Source: Eledone cirrhosa (Eukaryota). Taken from it: 64,000 bases of DNA. The stretch's first letter is position 1, and every line of letters starts with the position of its first letter. Shown piece after piece: positions 12,101-25,270 of the stretch. A program made the position numbers and the translations under genes. The notes beneath the pieces were generated by a model. That model saw nothing but the letters and a program-made list of their open reading frames with translations, was not told the origin of the DNA and searched no databases. Location of the stretch: contig OZ024741.1 of NCBI GenBank assembly GCA_964016885.1, forward strand, positions 258,540,001-258,604,000, in the 5' to 3' direction.

Positions 12101-15100
12101 GCCAGTGTTGTTGTAGTTGTTGCTGTTTTCTCTGTCAGTGACAGTGTTGTTGTTGTTGCTGCTTTCTCTGTCAGTGTCAGTGTTGTAGTTGTTGATGTTT
12201 TCTCTGTCAGTGCCAGTGTTGTTGTTGTTGTTGCTGTTTTCTGTGTCAGTACCAGTGTTGTTGTTGTTGCTGTTTTCTGTGTCAGTGCCAGTGTTGTTGT
12301 TGTTGCTGTTTTCTCTGTCAGTGCCAGTGTTGTTGCTGTTGCTATTTTCACTGTCAGTGCCAGTGTTGTTGTTGCTGTTTTCTGTGTCAGTGCCAGTGTT
12401 GTTGTTGTTGCTGTTTTCTGTGTCAGTGCCAGTGTTGTTGTTGTTACTGTTCCTGTTTTCTGTGTCAGTTCCAGTGTTGCTGTTGCTGTTTTCTGTGCCA
12501 GTGCCAGTGTTATTGTTGCTGTTGTTGCTGTTTTCTGTGTCAGTGCCACGGTTGTTGTTGCTGTTGTTGCTGTTTTCTGTGTCAGTGCCAGTGTTGTTGT
12601 TGCTGTTGTTGCTGTTTTCTGTGTCAGTGCCAGTGTTGTTGTTGCTGTTGTTGCTGTTTTCCGTGCCAGTGTTGTTGTAGTTGTTGCTGTTTTCTGTGTC
12701 AGTGCCGGTGTTGTTGTTGTTGCTGTTTTCTCTGACAGTGCCAGTGTTGTTGTTGTTGCTGTTTTCTGTGTCAGTGCCAGTGTTGTTGTAGTTGTTGCTG
12801 TTTTCTGTGTCAGTGCCAGTGTTGTTGTAGTTGTTGCTGTTTTCTGTGTCAGTGCCAGTGTTGTTGTAGTTGTTGCTGTTTTCTCTGTCAGTGCCAGTGT
12901 TGTTGTAGTTGTTGCTGTTTTCTCTGTCAGTGCCAGTGTTGTTGTTGTTGCTGTTTTCTGTGTCAGTGCCAGTGTTGTTGTTGTTGCTGTTTTCTGTGTC
13001 AGTGCCAGTGTTGTTGTTGTTACTGTTCCTGTTTTCTATGTCAGTTCCAGTGTTGCTGTTGCTGTTTTCTGTGCCAGTGCCAGTGTTATTGTTGCTGTTG
13101 TTGCTGTTTTCTGTGTCAGTGCCACGGTTGTTGTTGCTGTTGTTGCTGTTTTCTGTGTCAGTGCCAGTGTTGTTGTTGCTGTTGTTGCTGTTTTCTGTGT
13201 CAGTGCCAGTGTTGTTGTTGCTGTTGTTGCTGTTTTCCGTGCCAGTGTTGTTGTAGTTGTTGCTGTTTTCTGTGTCAGTGCCGGTGTTGTTGTTGTTGCT
13301 GTTTTCTCTGTCAGTGCCAGTGTTGTTGTTGTTGCTGTTTTCTGTGTCAGTGCCAGTGTTGTTGTAGTTGTTGCTGTTTTCTGTGTCAGTGCCAGTGTTG
13401 TTGTAGTTGTTGCTGTTTTCTGTGTCAGTGCCAGTGTTGTTGTAGTTGTTGCTGTTTTCTCTGTCAGTGCCAGTGTTGTTGTAGTTGTTGCTGTTTTCTC
13501 TGTCAGTGCCAGTGTTGTTGTAGTTGTTGCTGTTTTCTGTGTCAGTGCCAGTGTTGTTGTTGCTGTTTTCTCTGTCAGTGCCAGTGTTGTTGTAGTTGTT
13601 GCTGTTTTCTGTGTCAGTGCCAGTGTTGTTGTAGTTGTTGCTGTTTTCTCTGTCAGTGCCAGTGTTGTTGTAGTTGTTGCTGTTTTCTGTGCCAGTGCCA
13701 GTGTTGTTGTTGCTGTTTTCTCTGTCAGTGCCAGTGTTGTTGTTGCTGTTGTTGCTGTTTTCTGTGTCAGTGCCAGTGTTGTTGCTGTTGCTGTTTTCTC
13801 TGTCAGTGCCAGTGTTGTTGTAGTTGTTGCTGTTTTCTGTGTCAGTGCCGGTGTTGTTGTTGTTGCTGTTTTCTCTGTCAGTGCCAGTGTTGTTGTTGTT
13901 GCTGTTTTCTCTGTCAGTGCCAGTGTTTTTGTTGTTGCTGTTTTCTGTGTCAGTGCCAGTGTGTTTGTTGTTGCTGTTTTCTGTGTCAGTGCCAGTGTTG
14001 TTGTAGTTGTTGCTGTTTTCTGCGTCAGTGCCAGTGTTGTTGTAGTTGTTGCTTTTTTCAGTGTCAGTGCCAGTGTTGTTGTAGTTGTTGCTGTTTTCTC
14101 TGTCAGTGCCAGTTTTGTTGTAGTTGTTGCTGTTTTCTGTGTCAGTGCCAGTGTTGTTGTAGTTGTTGCTGTTTTCTGTGTCAGTGCCAGTGTTCTTGCT
14201 GTTGCTGTTTTCTGTGTCAGTGCCAGTGTTGTTGTTGTTACTATTGCTGTTTTCTGTGTCAGTTCCAGTGTTGTTGTTGCTGTTGCTGTTTTCTGTGCCA
14301 GTGCCAGTGTTATTGTTGCTGTTGTTGCTGTTTTCTCTGTCAGTGCCAGTGTTGTTGTAGTTGTTGCTGTTTTCTCTGTCAGTGCCAGTGTTGTTGTAGT
14401 TGTTGCTGTTTTCTGTGTCAGTGCCAGTGTTGTTGTAGTTGTTGCTGTTTTCTCTGTCAGTGACAGTGTTGTTGTTGTTGCTGCTTTCTCTGTCAGTGTC
14501 AGTGTTGTAGTTGTTGCTGTTTTCTCTGTCAGTGCCAGTGTTGTTGTTGTTGTTGCTGTTTTCTGTGTCAGTACCAGTGTTGTTGTTGCTGTTTTCTGTG
14601 TCAGTGCCAGTGTTGTTGTTGTTGCTGTTTTCTCTGTCAGTGCCAGTGTTGTTGCTGTTGCTATTTTCACTGTCAGTGCCAGTGTTGTTGTTGCTGTTTT
14701 CTGTGTCAGTGCCAGTGTTGTTGTTGTTGCTGTTTTCTGTGTCAGTGCCAGTGTTGTTGTTGTTACTGTTCCTGTTTTCTGTGTCAGTTCCAGTGTTGCT
14801 GTTGCTGTTTTCTGTGCCAGTGCCAGTGTTATTGTTGCTGTTGTTGCTGTTTTCTGTGTCAGTGCCACGGTTGTTGTTGCTGTTGTTGCTGTTTTCTGTG
14901 TCAGTGCCAGTGTTGTTGTTGCTGTTGTTGCTGTTTTCTGTGTCAGTGCCAGTGTTGTTGTAGTTGTTGCTGTTTTCTCTGTCAGTGCCAGTTTTGTTGT
15001 AGTTGTTGCTGTTTTCTGTGTCAGTGCCAGTGTTGTTGTAGTTGTTGCTGTTTTCTTTGTCAGTGCCAGTGTTGTTGTTGTTGCTGTTTTCTCTGTCAGT

Positions 15101-18100
15101 GCCAGTGTTGTAGTTGTTGCTGTTTTCTCTGTCAGTGCCAGTGTTGTTGTTGTTGTTGCTGTTTTCTCTGTCAGTGCCAGTGTTGTTGTTGTTGCTATTT
15201 TCACTGTCAGTGCCAGTGTTGTTGTTGTTGCTATTTTCACTGTCAGTGCCAGTGTTGTTGTTGTTACTGTTGCTGTTTTCTGTGTCAGTGCCAGAATTGT
15301 TGTTGTTACTGTTGCTGTTTTCTGTGCCAGTGTTATTGTTGCTGTTGTTGCTGTTTTGTCTGTCAGTGCCAGTGTTGTAGTTGTTGCTGTTTTCTCTGTC
15401 AGTGTCAGTGTTGTTGTAGTTGTTGCTGTTTTCTGTGTCTGTGCCAGTGTTGTTGTTGTTGCTGTTTTCTGTGTCAGTGCCAGTGTTGTTGTTGTTGCTA
15501 TTTTCAATGTCAGTGCCAGTGTTGTTGCTGTTGCTGTTTTCTCTGTCAGTGCCAGTGATGTTGTAGTTGTTGCTGTTTTCTGTGTCAGTGCCAGTGTTGT
15601 AGTTGTTGCTGTTTTCTCTGTCAGTGCCAGTGTTGTTGTTGTTGCTGTTTTCTGTGTCAGTGCCAGTGTTGTTGTTGTTGCTGTTTTCTGTGTCAGTGCC
15701 AGTGTTGTTGTTGTTGCTGTTTTCTCTGTCAGTGCCAGTGTTGTTGTAGTTGTTGCTGTTTTCTCTGTCAGTGCCAGTGTTGTTGTAGTTGTTGCTGTTT
15801 TCTGTGTCAGTGCCGGTGTTGTTGTTGTTGCTGTTTTCTCTGTCAGTGCCAGTGTTGTTGTTGTTGCTGTTTTCTGTGTCAGTGCCAGTGTTGTTGTTGC
15901 TGTTTTCTGTGTCAGTGCCAGTGTTGTTGTTGTTGCTGTTTTCTGTGTCAGTGCCAGTGTTGTTGTAGTTGTTGCTGTTTTCTGTGTCAGTGCCAGTGTT
16001 GTTGTAGTTGTTGCTGTTTTCTGTGTCAGTGCCAGTGTTGTTGTAGTTGTTGCTGTTTTCTCTGTCAGTGACAGTGTTGTTGTAGTTGTTGCTGTTTTCT
16101 GTGTCAGTGCCAGTGTTGTTGTAGTTGTTGCTGTTTTCTCTGTCAGTGCCAGTGTTGTTGTAGTTGTTGCTGTTTTCTGTGTCAGTGCCAGTGTTGTTGT
16201 TGTTGCTGTTTTCTCTGTCAGTGCCAGTGTTGTTGTAGTTGTTGCTGTTTTCTCTGTCAGTGCCAGTTTTGTTGTAGTTGTTGCTGTTTTCTGTGTCAGT
16301 GCCAGTGTTGTTGTAGTTGTTGCTGTTTTCTCTGTCAGTGCCAGTGTTGTTGTTGCTGTTTTCTCTGTCAGTGCCAGTGTTGTAGTTGTTGATGTTTTCT
16401 CTGTCAGTGCCAGTGTTGTTGTTGTTGTTGCTGTTTTCTCTGTCAGTGCCAGTGTTGTTTTTGTTGCTGTTTTCTGTGTCAGTGCCAGTGTTGTTGTTGC
16501 TGTTTTCTGTGTCAGTGCCAGTGTTGTTGTTGTTGCTGTTTTCTGTGTCAGTGCCAGTGTTGTTGTAGTTGTTGCTGTTTTCTGTGTCAGTGCCAGTGTT
16601 GTTGTAGTTGTTGCTGTTTTCTCTGTCAGTGCCAGTGTTGTTGTAGTTGTTGCTGTTTTCTCTGTCAGTGCCAGTGTTGTTGTAGTTGTTGCTGTTTTCT
16701 GTGTCAGTGCCAGTGTTGTTGTAGTTGTTGCTGTTTTCTCTTTCAGTGCCAGTGTTGTTGTAGTTGTTGCTGTTTTCTCTGTCAGTGCCAGTGTTGTTGT
16801 AGTTGTTGCTGTTTTCTGTGTCAGTGCCAGTGTTGTTGTTGCTGTTTTCTCTGTCAGTGCCAGTGTTGTTGTAGTTGTTGCTGTTTTATGTGTCAGTGCC
16901 AGTGTTGTTGTAGTTGTTGCTGTTTTCTCTGTCAGTGCCAGTGTTGTTGTAGTTGTTGCTGTTTTCTGTGTCAGTGCCAGTGTTGTTGTTGTTGCTGTTT
17001 TCTCTGTCAGTGCCAGTGTTGTTGTAGTTGTTGCTGTTTTCTCTGTCAGTGCCAGTTTTGTTGTAGTTGTTGCTGTTTTCTGTGTCAGTGCCAGTGTTGT
17101 TGTAGTTGTTGCTGTTTTCTCTGTCAGTGCCAGTGTTGTTGTTGCTGTTTTCTCTGTCAGTGCCAGTGTTGTAGTTGTTGATGTTTTCTCTGTCAGTGCC
17201 AGTGTTGTAGTTGTTGATGTTTTCTCTGTCAGTGCCAGTGTTGTTGTTGTTGCTATTTTCACTGTCAGTGCCAGTGTTGTTGTTGTTGCTGTTTTCTGTG
17301 TCAGTGCCAGTGTTGTAGTTGTTGCTGTTTTCTGTGTCAATGCCAGTGTTGTTGTTGTTACTGTTGTTGTTTTCTGTGTCAGTGCCAGTCTTGTTGCTGT
17401 TACTGTTGCTGTTTTCTGTGCCAGAGCCAGTGTTATTGTTGCTGTTGTTGCTGTTTTCTGTGTCAGTGCCACTGTTGTTGTTGCTGTTGTTGCTGTTTTC
17501 TGTGTCAGTGCCAGTGTTGTTGTTGCTGTTGTTGCTGTTTTCTGTGTCAGTGCCAGTGTTGTTGTTGCTGTTGTTGCTGTTTTCCGTGCCAGTGTTGTTG
17601 TAGTTGTTGCTGTTTTCTTTGTCAGTGCCAGTGTTCTTGCTGTTGCTGTTTTCTGTGTCAGTGCCAGTGTTGTTGTTGTTACTGTTGCTGTTTTCTGTGT
17701 CAGTTCCAGTGTTGTTGTTGCTGTTGCTGTTTTCTGTGCCAGTGCCAGTGTTATTGTTGCTGTTGTTGCTGTTTTCTCTGTCAGTGCCAGTGTTGTTGTA
17801 GTTGTTGCTGTTTTCTCTGTCAGTGCCAGTGTTGTTGTAGTTGTTGCTGTTTTCTGTGTCAGTGCCAGTGTTGTTGTAGTTGTTGCTGTTTTCTCTGTCA
17901 GTGACAGTGTTGTTGTTGTTGCTGCTTTCTCTGTCAGTGTCAGTGTTGTAGTTGTTGCTGTTTTCTCTGTCAGTGCCAGTGTTGTTGTTGCTGTTTTCTG
18001 TGTCAGTACCAGTGTTGTTGTTGTTGCTGTTTTCTGTGTCAGTGCCAGTGTTGTTGTTGTTGCTGTTTTCTCTGTCAGTGCCAGTGTTGTTGCTGTTGCT

Positions 18101-21100
18101 ATTTTCACTGTCAGTGCCAGTGTTGTTGTTGCTGTTTACTGTGTCAGTGCCAGTGTTGTTGTTGTTGCTGTTTTCTGTGTCAGTGCCAGTGTTGTTGTTG
18201 TTACTGTTCCTGTTTTCTGTGTCAGTTCCAGTGTTGCTGTTGCTGTTTTCTGTGCCAGTGCCAGTGTTATTGTTGCTGTTGTTGCTGTTTTCTGTGTCAG
18301 TGCCACGGTTGTTGTTGCTGTTGTTGCTGTTTTCTGTGTCAGTGCCAGTGTTGTTGTTGCTGTTGTTGCTGTTTTCTGTGTCAGTGCCAGTGTTGTTGTT
18401 GCTGTTGTTGCTGTTTTCCGTGCCAGTGTTGTTGTAGTTGTTGCTGTTTTCTGTGTCAGTGCCGGTGTTGTTGTTGTTGCTGTTTTCTCTGTCAGTGCCA
18501 GTGTTGTTGTTGTTGCTGTTTTCTGTGTCAGTGCCAGTGTTGTTGTAGTTGTTGCTGTTTTCTCTGTCAGTACCAGTGTTGTTGTAGTTGTTGCTGTTTT
18601 CTGTGTCAGTGCCAGTGTTGTTGTAGTTGTTGCTGTTTTCTCTGTCAGTGCCAGTGTTGTTGTAGTTGTTGCTGTTTTCTCTGTCAGTGCCAGTGTTGTT
18701 GTAGTTGTTGCTGTTTTCTGTGTCAGTGCCAGTGTTGTTGTTGCTGTTTTCTCTGTCAGTGCCAGTGTTGTTGTAGTTGTTGCTGTTTTCTGTGTCAGTG
18801 CCAGTGTTGTTGTAGTTGTTGCTGTTTTCTCTGTCAGTGCCAGTGTTGTTGTAGTTGTTGCTGTTTTCTGTGCCAGTGCCAGTGTTGTTGTTGCTGTTTT
18901 CTCTGTCAGTGCCAGTGTTGTTGTTGCTGTTGTTGCTGTTTTCTGTGTCAGTGCCAGTGTTGTTGCTGTTGCTGTTTTCTCTGTCAGTGCCAGTGTTGTT
19001 GTTGTTGCTGTTTTCTCTGTCAGTGCCAGTGTTTTTGTTGTTGCTGTTTTCTGTGTCAGTGCCAGTGTGTTTGTTGTTGCTGTTTTCTGTGTCAGTGCCA
19101 GTGTTGTTGTAGTTGTTGCTGTTTTCTGTGTCAGTGCCAGTGTTCTTGCTGTTGCTGTTTTCTGTGTCAGTGCCAGTGTTGTTGTTGTTACTGTTGCTGT
19201 TTTCTGTGTCAGTTCCAGTGTTGTTGTTGCTGTTGCTGTTTTCTGTGCCAGTGCCAGTGTTATTGTTGCTGTTGTTGCTGTTTTCTCTGTCAGTGCCAGT
19301 GTTGTTGTAGTTGTTGCTGTTTTCTCTGTCAGTGCCAGTGTTGTTGTAGTTGTTGCTGTTTTCTGTGTCAGTGCCAGTGTTGTTGTAGTTGTTGCTGTTT
19401 TCTCTGTCAGTGACAGTGTTGTTGTTGTTGCTGCTTTCTCTGTCAGTGTCAGTGTTGTAGTTGTTGCTGTTTTCTCTGTCAGTGCCAGTGTTGTTGTTGT
19501 TGTTGCTGTTTTCTGTGTCAGTACCAGTGTTGTTGTTGTTGATGTTTTCTGTGTCAGTGCCAGTGTTGTTGTTGTTGCTGTTTTCTCTGTCAGTGCCAGT
19601 GTTGTTGCTGTTGCTATTTTCACTGTCAGTGCCAGTGTTGTTGTTGCTGTTTTCTGTGTCAGTGCCAGTGTTGTTGTTGTTGCTGTTTTCTGTGTCAGTG
19701 CCAGTGTTGTTGTTGTTACTGTTCCTGTTTTCTGTGTCAGTTCCAGTGTTGCTGTTGCTGTTTTCTGTGCCAGTGCCAGTGTTATTGTTGCTGTTGTTGC
19801 TGTTTTCTGTGTCAGTGCCACGGTTGTTGTTGCTGTTGTTGCTGTTTTCTGTGTCAGTGCCAGTGTTGTTGTTGCTGTTGTTGCTGTTTTCTGTGTCAGT
19901 GCCAGTGTTGTTGTTGCTGTTGTTGCTGTTTTCCGTGCCAGTGTTGTTGTAGTTGTTGCTGTTTTCTGTGTCAGTGCCGGTGTTGTTGTTGTTGCTGTTT
20001 TCTCTGACAGTGCCAGTGTTGTTGTTGTTGCTGTTTTCTGTGTCAGTGCCAGTGTTGTTGTAGTTGTTGCTGTTTTCTGTGTCAGTGCCAGTGTTGTTGT
20101 AGTTGTTGCTGTTTTCTGTATCAGTGCCAGTGTTGTTGTAGTTGTTGCTGTTTTCTCTGTCAGTGCCAGTGTTGTTGTAGTTGTTGCTGTTTTCTCTGTC
20201 AGTGCCAGTGTTGTTGTTGTTGCTGTTTTCTGTGTCAGTGCCAGTGTTGTTGTTGTTGCTGTTTTCTGTGTCAGTGCCAGTGTTGTTGTTGTTACTGTTC
20301 CTGTTTTCTATGTCAGTTCCAGTGTTGCTGTTGCTGTTTTCTGTGCCAGTGCCAGTGTTATTGTTGCTGTTGTTGCTGTTTTCTGTGTCAGTGCCACGGT
20401 TGTTGTTGCTGTTGTTGCTGTTTTCTGTGTCAGTGCCAGTGTTGTTGTTGCTGTTGTTGCTGTTTTCTGTGTCAGTGCCAGTGTTGTTGTTGCTGTTGTT
20501 GCTGTTTTCCGTGCCAGTGTTGTTGTAGTTGTTGCTGTTTTCTGTGTCAGTGCCGGTGTTGTTGTTGTTGCTGTTTTCTCTGTCAGTGCCAGTGTTGTTG
20601 TTGTTGCTGTTTTCTGTGTCAGTGCCAGTGTTGTTGTAGTTGTTGCTGTTTTCTGTGTCAGTGCCAGTGTTGTTGTAGTTGTTGCTGTTTTCTGTGTCAG
20701 TGCCAGTGTTGTTGTAGTTGTTGCTGTTTTCTCTGTCAGTGCCAGTGTTGTTGTAGTTGTTGCTGTTTTCTCTGTCAGTGCCAGTGTTGTTGTAGTTGTT
20801 GCTGTTTTCTGTGTCAGTGCCAGTGTTGTTGTTGCTGTTTTCTCTGTCAGTGCCAGTGTTGTTGTAGTTGTTGCTGTTTTCTGTGTCAGTGCCAGTGTTG
20901 TTGTAGTTGTTGCTGTTTTCTCTGTCAGTGCCAGTGTTGTTGTAGTTGTTGCTGTTTTCTGTGCCAGTGCCAGTGTTGTTGTTGCTGTTTTCTCTGTCAG
21001 TGCCAGTGTTGTTGTTGCTGTTGTTGCTGTTTTCTGTGTCAGTGCCAGTGTTGTTGCTGTTGCTGTTTTCTCTGTCAGTGCCAGTGTTGTTGTAGTTGTT

Positions 21101-23699
21101 GCTGTTTTCTGTGTCAGTGCCGGTGTTGTTGTTGTTGCTGTTTTCTCTGTCAGTGCCAGTGTTGTTGTTGTTGCTGTTTTCTCTGTCAGTGCCAGTGTTT
21201 TTGTTGTTGCTGTTTTCTGTGTCAGTGCCAGTGTGTTTGTTGTTGCTGTTTTCTGTGTCAGTGCCAGTGTTGTTGTAGTTGTTGCTGTTTTCTGCGTCAG
21301 TGCCAGTGTTGTTGTAGTTGTTGCTTTTTTCAGTGTCAGTGCCAGTGTTGTTGTAGTTGTTGCTGTTTTCTCTGTCAGTGCCAGTTTTGTTGTAGTTGTT
21401 GCTGTTTTCTGTGTCAGTGCCAGTGTTGTTGTAGTTGTTGCTGTTTTCTGTGTCAGTGCCAGTGTTCTTGCTGTTGCTGTTTTCTGTGTCAGTGCCAGTG
21501 TTGTTGTTGTTACTATTGCTGTTTTCTGTGTCAGTTCCAGTGTTGTTGTTGCTGTTGCTGTTTTCTGTGCCAGTGCCAGTGTTATTGTTGCTGTTGTTGC
21601 TGTTTTCTCTGTCAGTGCCAGTGTTGTTGTAGTTGTTGCTGTTTTCTCTGTCAGTGCCAGTGTTGTTGTAGTTGTTGCTGTTTTCTGTGTCAGTGCCAGT
21701 GTTGTTGTAGTTGTTGCTGTTTTCTCTGTCAGTGACAGTGTTGTTGTTGTTGCTGCTTTCTCTGTCAGTGTCAGTGTTGTAGTTGTTGCTGTTTTCTCTG
21801 TCAGTGCCAGTGTTGTTGTTGTTGTTGCTGTTTTCTGTGTCAGTACCAGTGTTGTTGTTGCTGTTTTCTGTGTCAGTGCCAGTGTTGTTGTTGTTGCTGT
21901 TTTCTCTGTCAGTGCCAGTGTTGTTGCTGTTGCTATTTTCACTGTCAGTGCCAGTGTTGTTGTTGCTGTTTTCTGTGTCAGTGCCAGTGTTGTTGTTGTT
22001 GCTGTTTTCTGTGTCAGTGCCAGTGTTGTTGTTGTTACTGTTCCTGTTTTCTGTGTCAGTTCCAGTGTTGCTGTTGCTGTTTTCTGTGCCAGTGCCAGTG
22101 TTATTGTTGCTGTTGTTGCTGTTTTCTGTGTCAGTGCCACGGTTGTTGTTGCTGTTGTTGCTGTTTTCTGTGTCAGTGCCAGTGTTGTTGTTGCTGTTGT
22201 TGCTGTTTTCTGTGTCAGTGCCAGTGTTGTTGTAGTTGTTGCTGTTTTCTCTGTCAGTGCCAGTTTTGTTGTAGTTGTTGCTGTTTTCTGTGTCAGTGCC
22301 AGTGTTGTTGTAGTTGTTGCTGTTTTCTTTGTCAGTGCCAGTGTTGTTGTTGTTGCTGTTTTCTCTGTCAGTGCCAGTGTTGTAGTTGTTGCTGTTTTCT
22401 CTGTCAGTGCCAGTGTTGTTGTTGTTGTTGCTGTTTTCTCTGTCAGTGCCAGTGTTGTTGTTGTTGCTATTTTCACTGTCAGTGCCAGTGTTGTTGTTGT
22501 TGCTATTTTCACTGTCAGTGCCAGTGTTGTTGTTGTTACTGTTGCTGTTTTCTGTGTCAGTGCCAGAATTGTTGTTGTTACTGTTGCTGTTTTCTGTGCC
22601 AGTGTTATTGTTGCTGTTGTTGCTGTTTTGTCTGTCAGTGCCAGTGTTGTAGTTGTTGCTGTTTTCTCTGTCAGTGCCAGTGTTGTTGTAGTTGTTGCTG
22701 TTTTCTGTGTCTGTGCCAGTGTTGTTGTTGTTGCTGTTTTCTGTGTCAGTGCCAGTGTTGTTGTTGTTGCTATTTTCAATGTCAGTGCCAGTGTTGTTGC
22801 TGTTGCTGTTTTCTCTGTCAGTGCCAGTGATGTTGTAGTTGTTGCTGTTTTCTGTGTCAGTGCCAGTGTTGTAGTTGTTGCTGTTTTCTCTGTCAGTGCC
22901 AGTGTTGTTGTTGTTGCTGTTTTCTGTGTCAGTGCCAGTGTTGTTGTTGTTGCTGTTTTCTGTGTCAGTGCCAGTGTTGTTGTTGTTGCTGTTTTCTCTG
23001 TCAGTGCCAGTGTTGTTGTAGTTGTTGCTGTTTTCTCTGTCAGTGCCAGTGTTGTTGTAGTTGTTGCTGTTTTCTGTGTCAGTGCCGGTGTTGTTGTTGT
23101 TGCTGTTTTCTCTGTCAGTGCCAGTGTTGTTGTTGTTGCTGTTTTCTGTGTCAGTGCCAGTGTTGTTGTTGCTGTTTTCTGTGTCAGTGCCAGTGTTGTT
23201 GTTGTTGCTGTTTTCTGTGTCAGTGCCAGTGTTGTTGTAGTTGTTGCTGTTTTCTGTGTCAGTGCCAGTGTTGTTGTAGTTGTTGCTGTTTTCTGTGTCA
23301 GTGCCAGTGTTGTTGTAGTTGTTGCTGTTTTCTCTGTCAGTGACAGTGTTGTTGTAGTTGTTGCTGTTTTCTGTGTCAGTGCCAGTGTTGTTGTAGTTGT
23401 TGCTGTTTTCTCTGTCAGTGCCAGTGTTGTTGTAGTTGTTGCTGTTTTCTGTGTCAGTGCCAGTGTTGTTGTTGTTGCTGTTTTCTCTGTCAGTGCCAGT
23501 GTTGTTGTAGTTGTTGCTGTTTTCTCTGTCAGTGCCAGTTTTGTTGTAGTTGTTGCTGTTTTCTGTGTCAGTGCCAGTGTTGTTGTAGTTGTTGCTGTTT
23601 TCTCTGTCAGTGCCAGTGTTGTTGTTGCTGTTTTCTCTGTCAGTGCCAGTGTTGTAGTTGTTGATGTTTTCTCTGTCAGTGCCAGTGTTGTTGTTGTTG
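9145..23699 (+). repeat. Higher-order tandem duplication, two copies of 7,272 bp (about 9145-16416 and 16417-23688)
   Basis: Rare variants recur at exactly +7272: GTTTTATGTG 9611/16883, TCTGACAGT 12731/20003, TTCTATGTC 13034/20306, TGCGTC 14021/21293. ORF-track starts also pair at +7272 (9616/16888, 10047/17319, 12909/20181, 15114/22386, 16386/23658). Confidence 0.96.
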
Positions 23700-25270
23700 C
23701 TGTTTTCTCTGTCAGTGTTGTTGTTGTTGCTATTTTCACTGTCAGTGCCAGTGTTGTTGTTGTTGCTGTTTTCTGTGTCAGTGCCAGTGTTGTTGTTGTT
23801 GCAGTTTTCTGTGTCAGTGCCAGTGTTGTTGTTGTTACTGTTGCTGTTTTCTGTGTCAGTGCCAGTCTTGTTGTTGTTACTGTTGCTGTTTTCTGTGCCA
23901 GAGCCAGTGTTATTGTTGCTGTTGTTGCTGTTTTCTGTGTCAGTGCCACTGTTGTTGTTGATGTTGGTGCTGTTTTCTGTGTCAGTGCCAGTGTTGTTGT
24001 TGCTGTTGTTGCTATTTTCTGTGTCAGTGCCAGTGTTGTTGTTGCTGTTGTTGCTGTTTTCCGTGCCAGTGTTGTTGTAGTTGTTGCTGTTTTCTGTGTC
24101 AGTGCCAGTGTTCTTGCTGTTGCTATTTTCTGTGTCAGTGCCAGTGTTGTTGTTGTTACTGTTGCTGTTTTCTGTGTCAGTTCCAGTGTTGTTGTAGTTG
24201 CTGTTGCTGTTTTCTGTGCCAGTGCCAGTGTTATTGTTGCTGTCGTTGCTGTTTTCTCTGTCAGTGCCAGTGTTGTTGTAGTTGTTGCTGTTTTCTCTGT
24301 CAGTGCCAGTGTTGTTGTAGTTGTTGCTGTTTTCTGTGTCAGTGCCAGTGTTGTTGTAGTTGTTGCTGTTTTCTCTGTCAGTGACAGTGTTGTTGTAGTT
24401 GTTGCTGTTTTCTCTGTCAGTGCCAGTGTTGTTGTAGTTGTTGCTGTTTTCTGTGTCAGTGCCAGTGTTGTTGTAGTTGTTGCTGCTTTCTCTGTCAGTG
24501 TCAGTGTTGTAGTTGTTGCTGTTTTCTCTGTCAGTGCCAGTGTTGTTGTTGTTGTTGCTGTTTTCTGTGTCAGTGCCAGTGTTGTTGTTGTTGCTGTTTT
24601 CTGTGTCAGTGCCAGTGTTGTTGTTGTTGCTGTTTTCTCTGTCAGTGCCAGTGTTGTTGCTGTTGCTATTTTCACTGTCAGTGCCAGTGTTGTTGTTGCT
24701 GTTTTCTGTGTCAGTGCCAGTCTTGTTGTTGTTGCTGTTTTCTGTGTCAGTGCCAGTGTTGTTGTTGTTATTGTTGCTGTTTTCTGTGTCAGTTCCAGTG
24801 TTTCTGTTGCTGTTTTCTGTGCCAGTGCCAGTGTTATTGTTGCTGTTGTTGCTGTTTTCTGTGTCAGTGCCACGGTTGTTGTTGCTGTTGTTGCTGTTTT
24901 CTGTGTCAGTGCCAGTGTTGTTGTTGCTGTTGTTGCTGTTTTCTGTGTCAGTGCCAGTGTTGTTGTTGCTGTTGTTGCTGTTTTCCGTGCCAGGGTTGTT
25001 GTAGTTGTTGCTGTTTTCTGTGTCAGTGCCGGTGTTGTTGTTGTTGCTGTTTTCTCTGTCAGTGCCAGTGTTGTTGTTGTTGCTGTTTTCTGTGTCAGTG
25101 CCAGTGTTGTTGTAGTTGTTGCTGTTTTCTGTGTCAGTGCCAGTGTTGTTGTAGTTGTTGCTGTTTTCTGTGTCAGTGCCAGTGTTGTTGTAGTTGTTGC
25201 TGTTTTCTCTGTCAGTGCCAGTGTTGTTGTAGTTGTTGCTGTTTTCTCTGTCAGTGCCAGTGTTGTTGTA

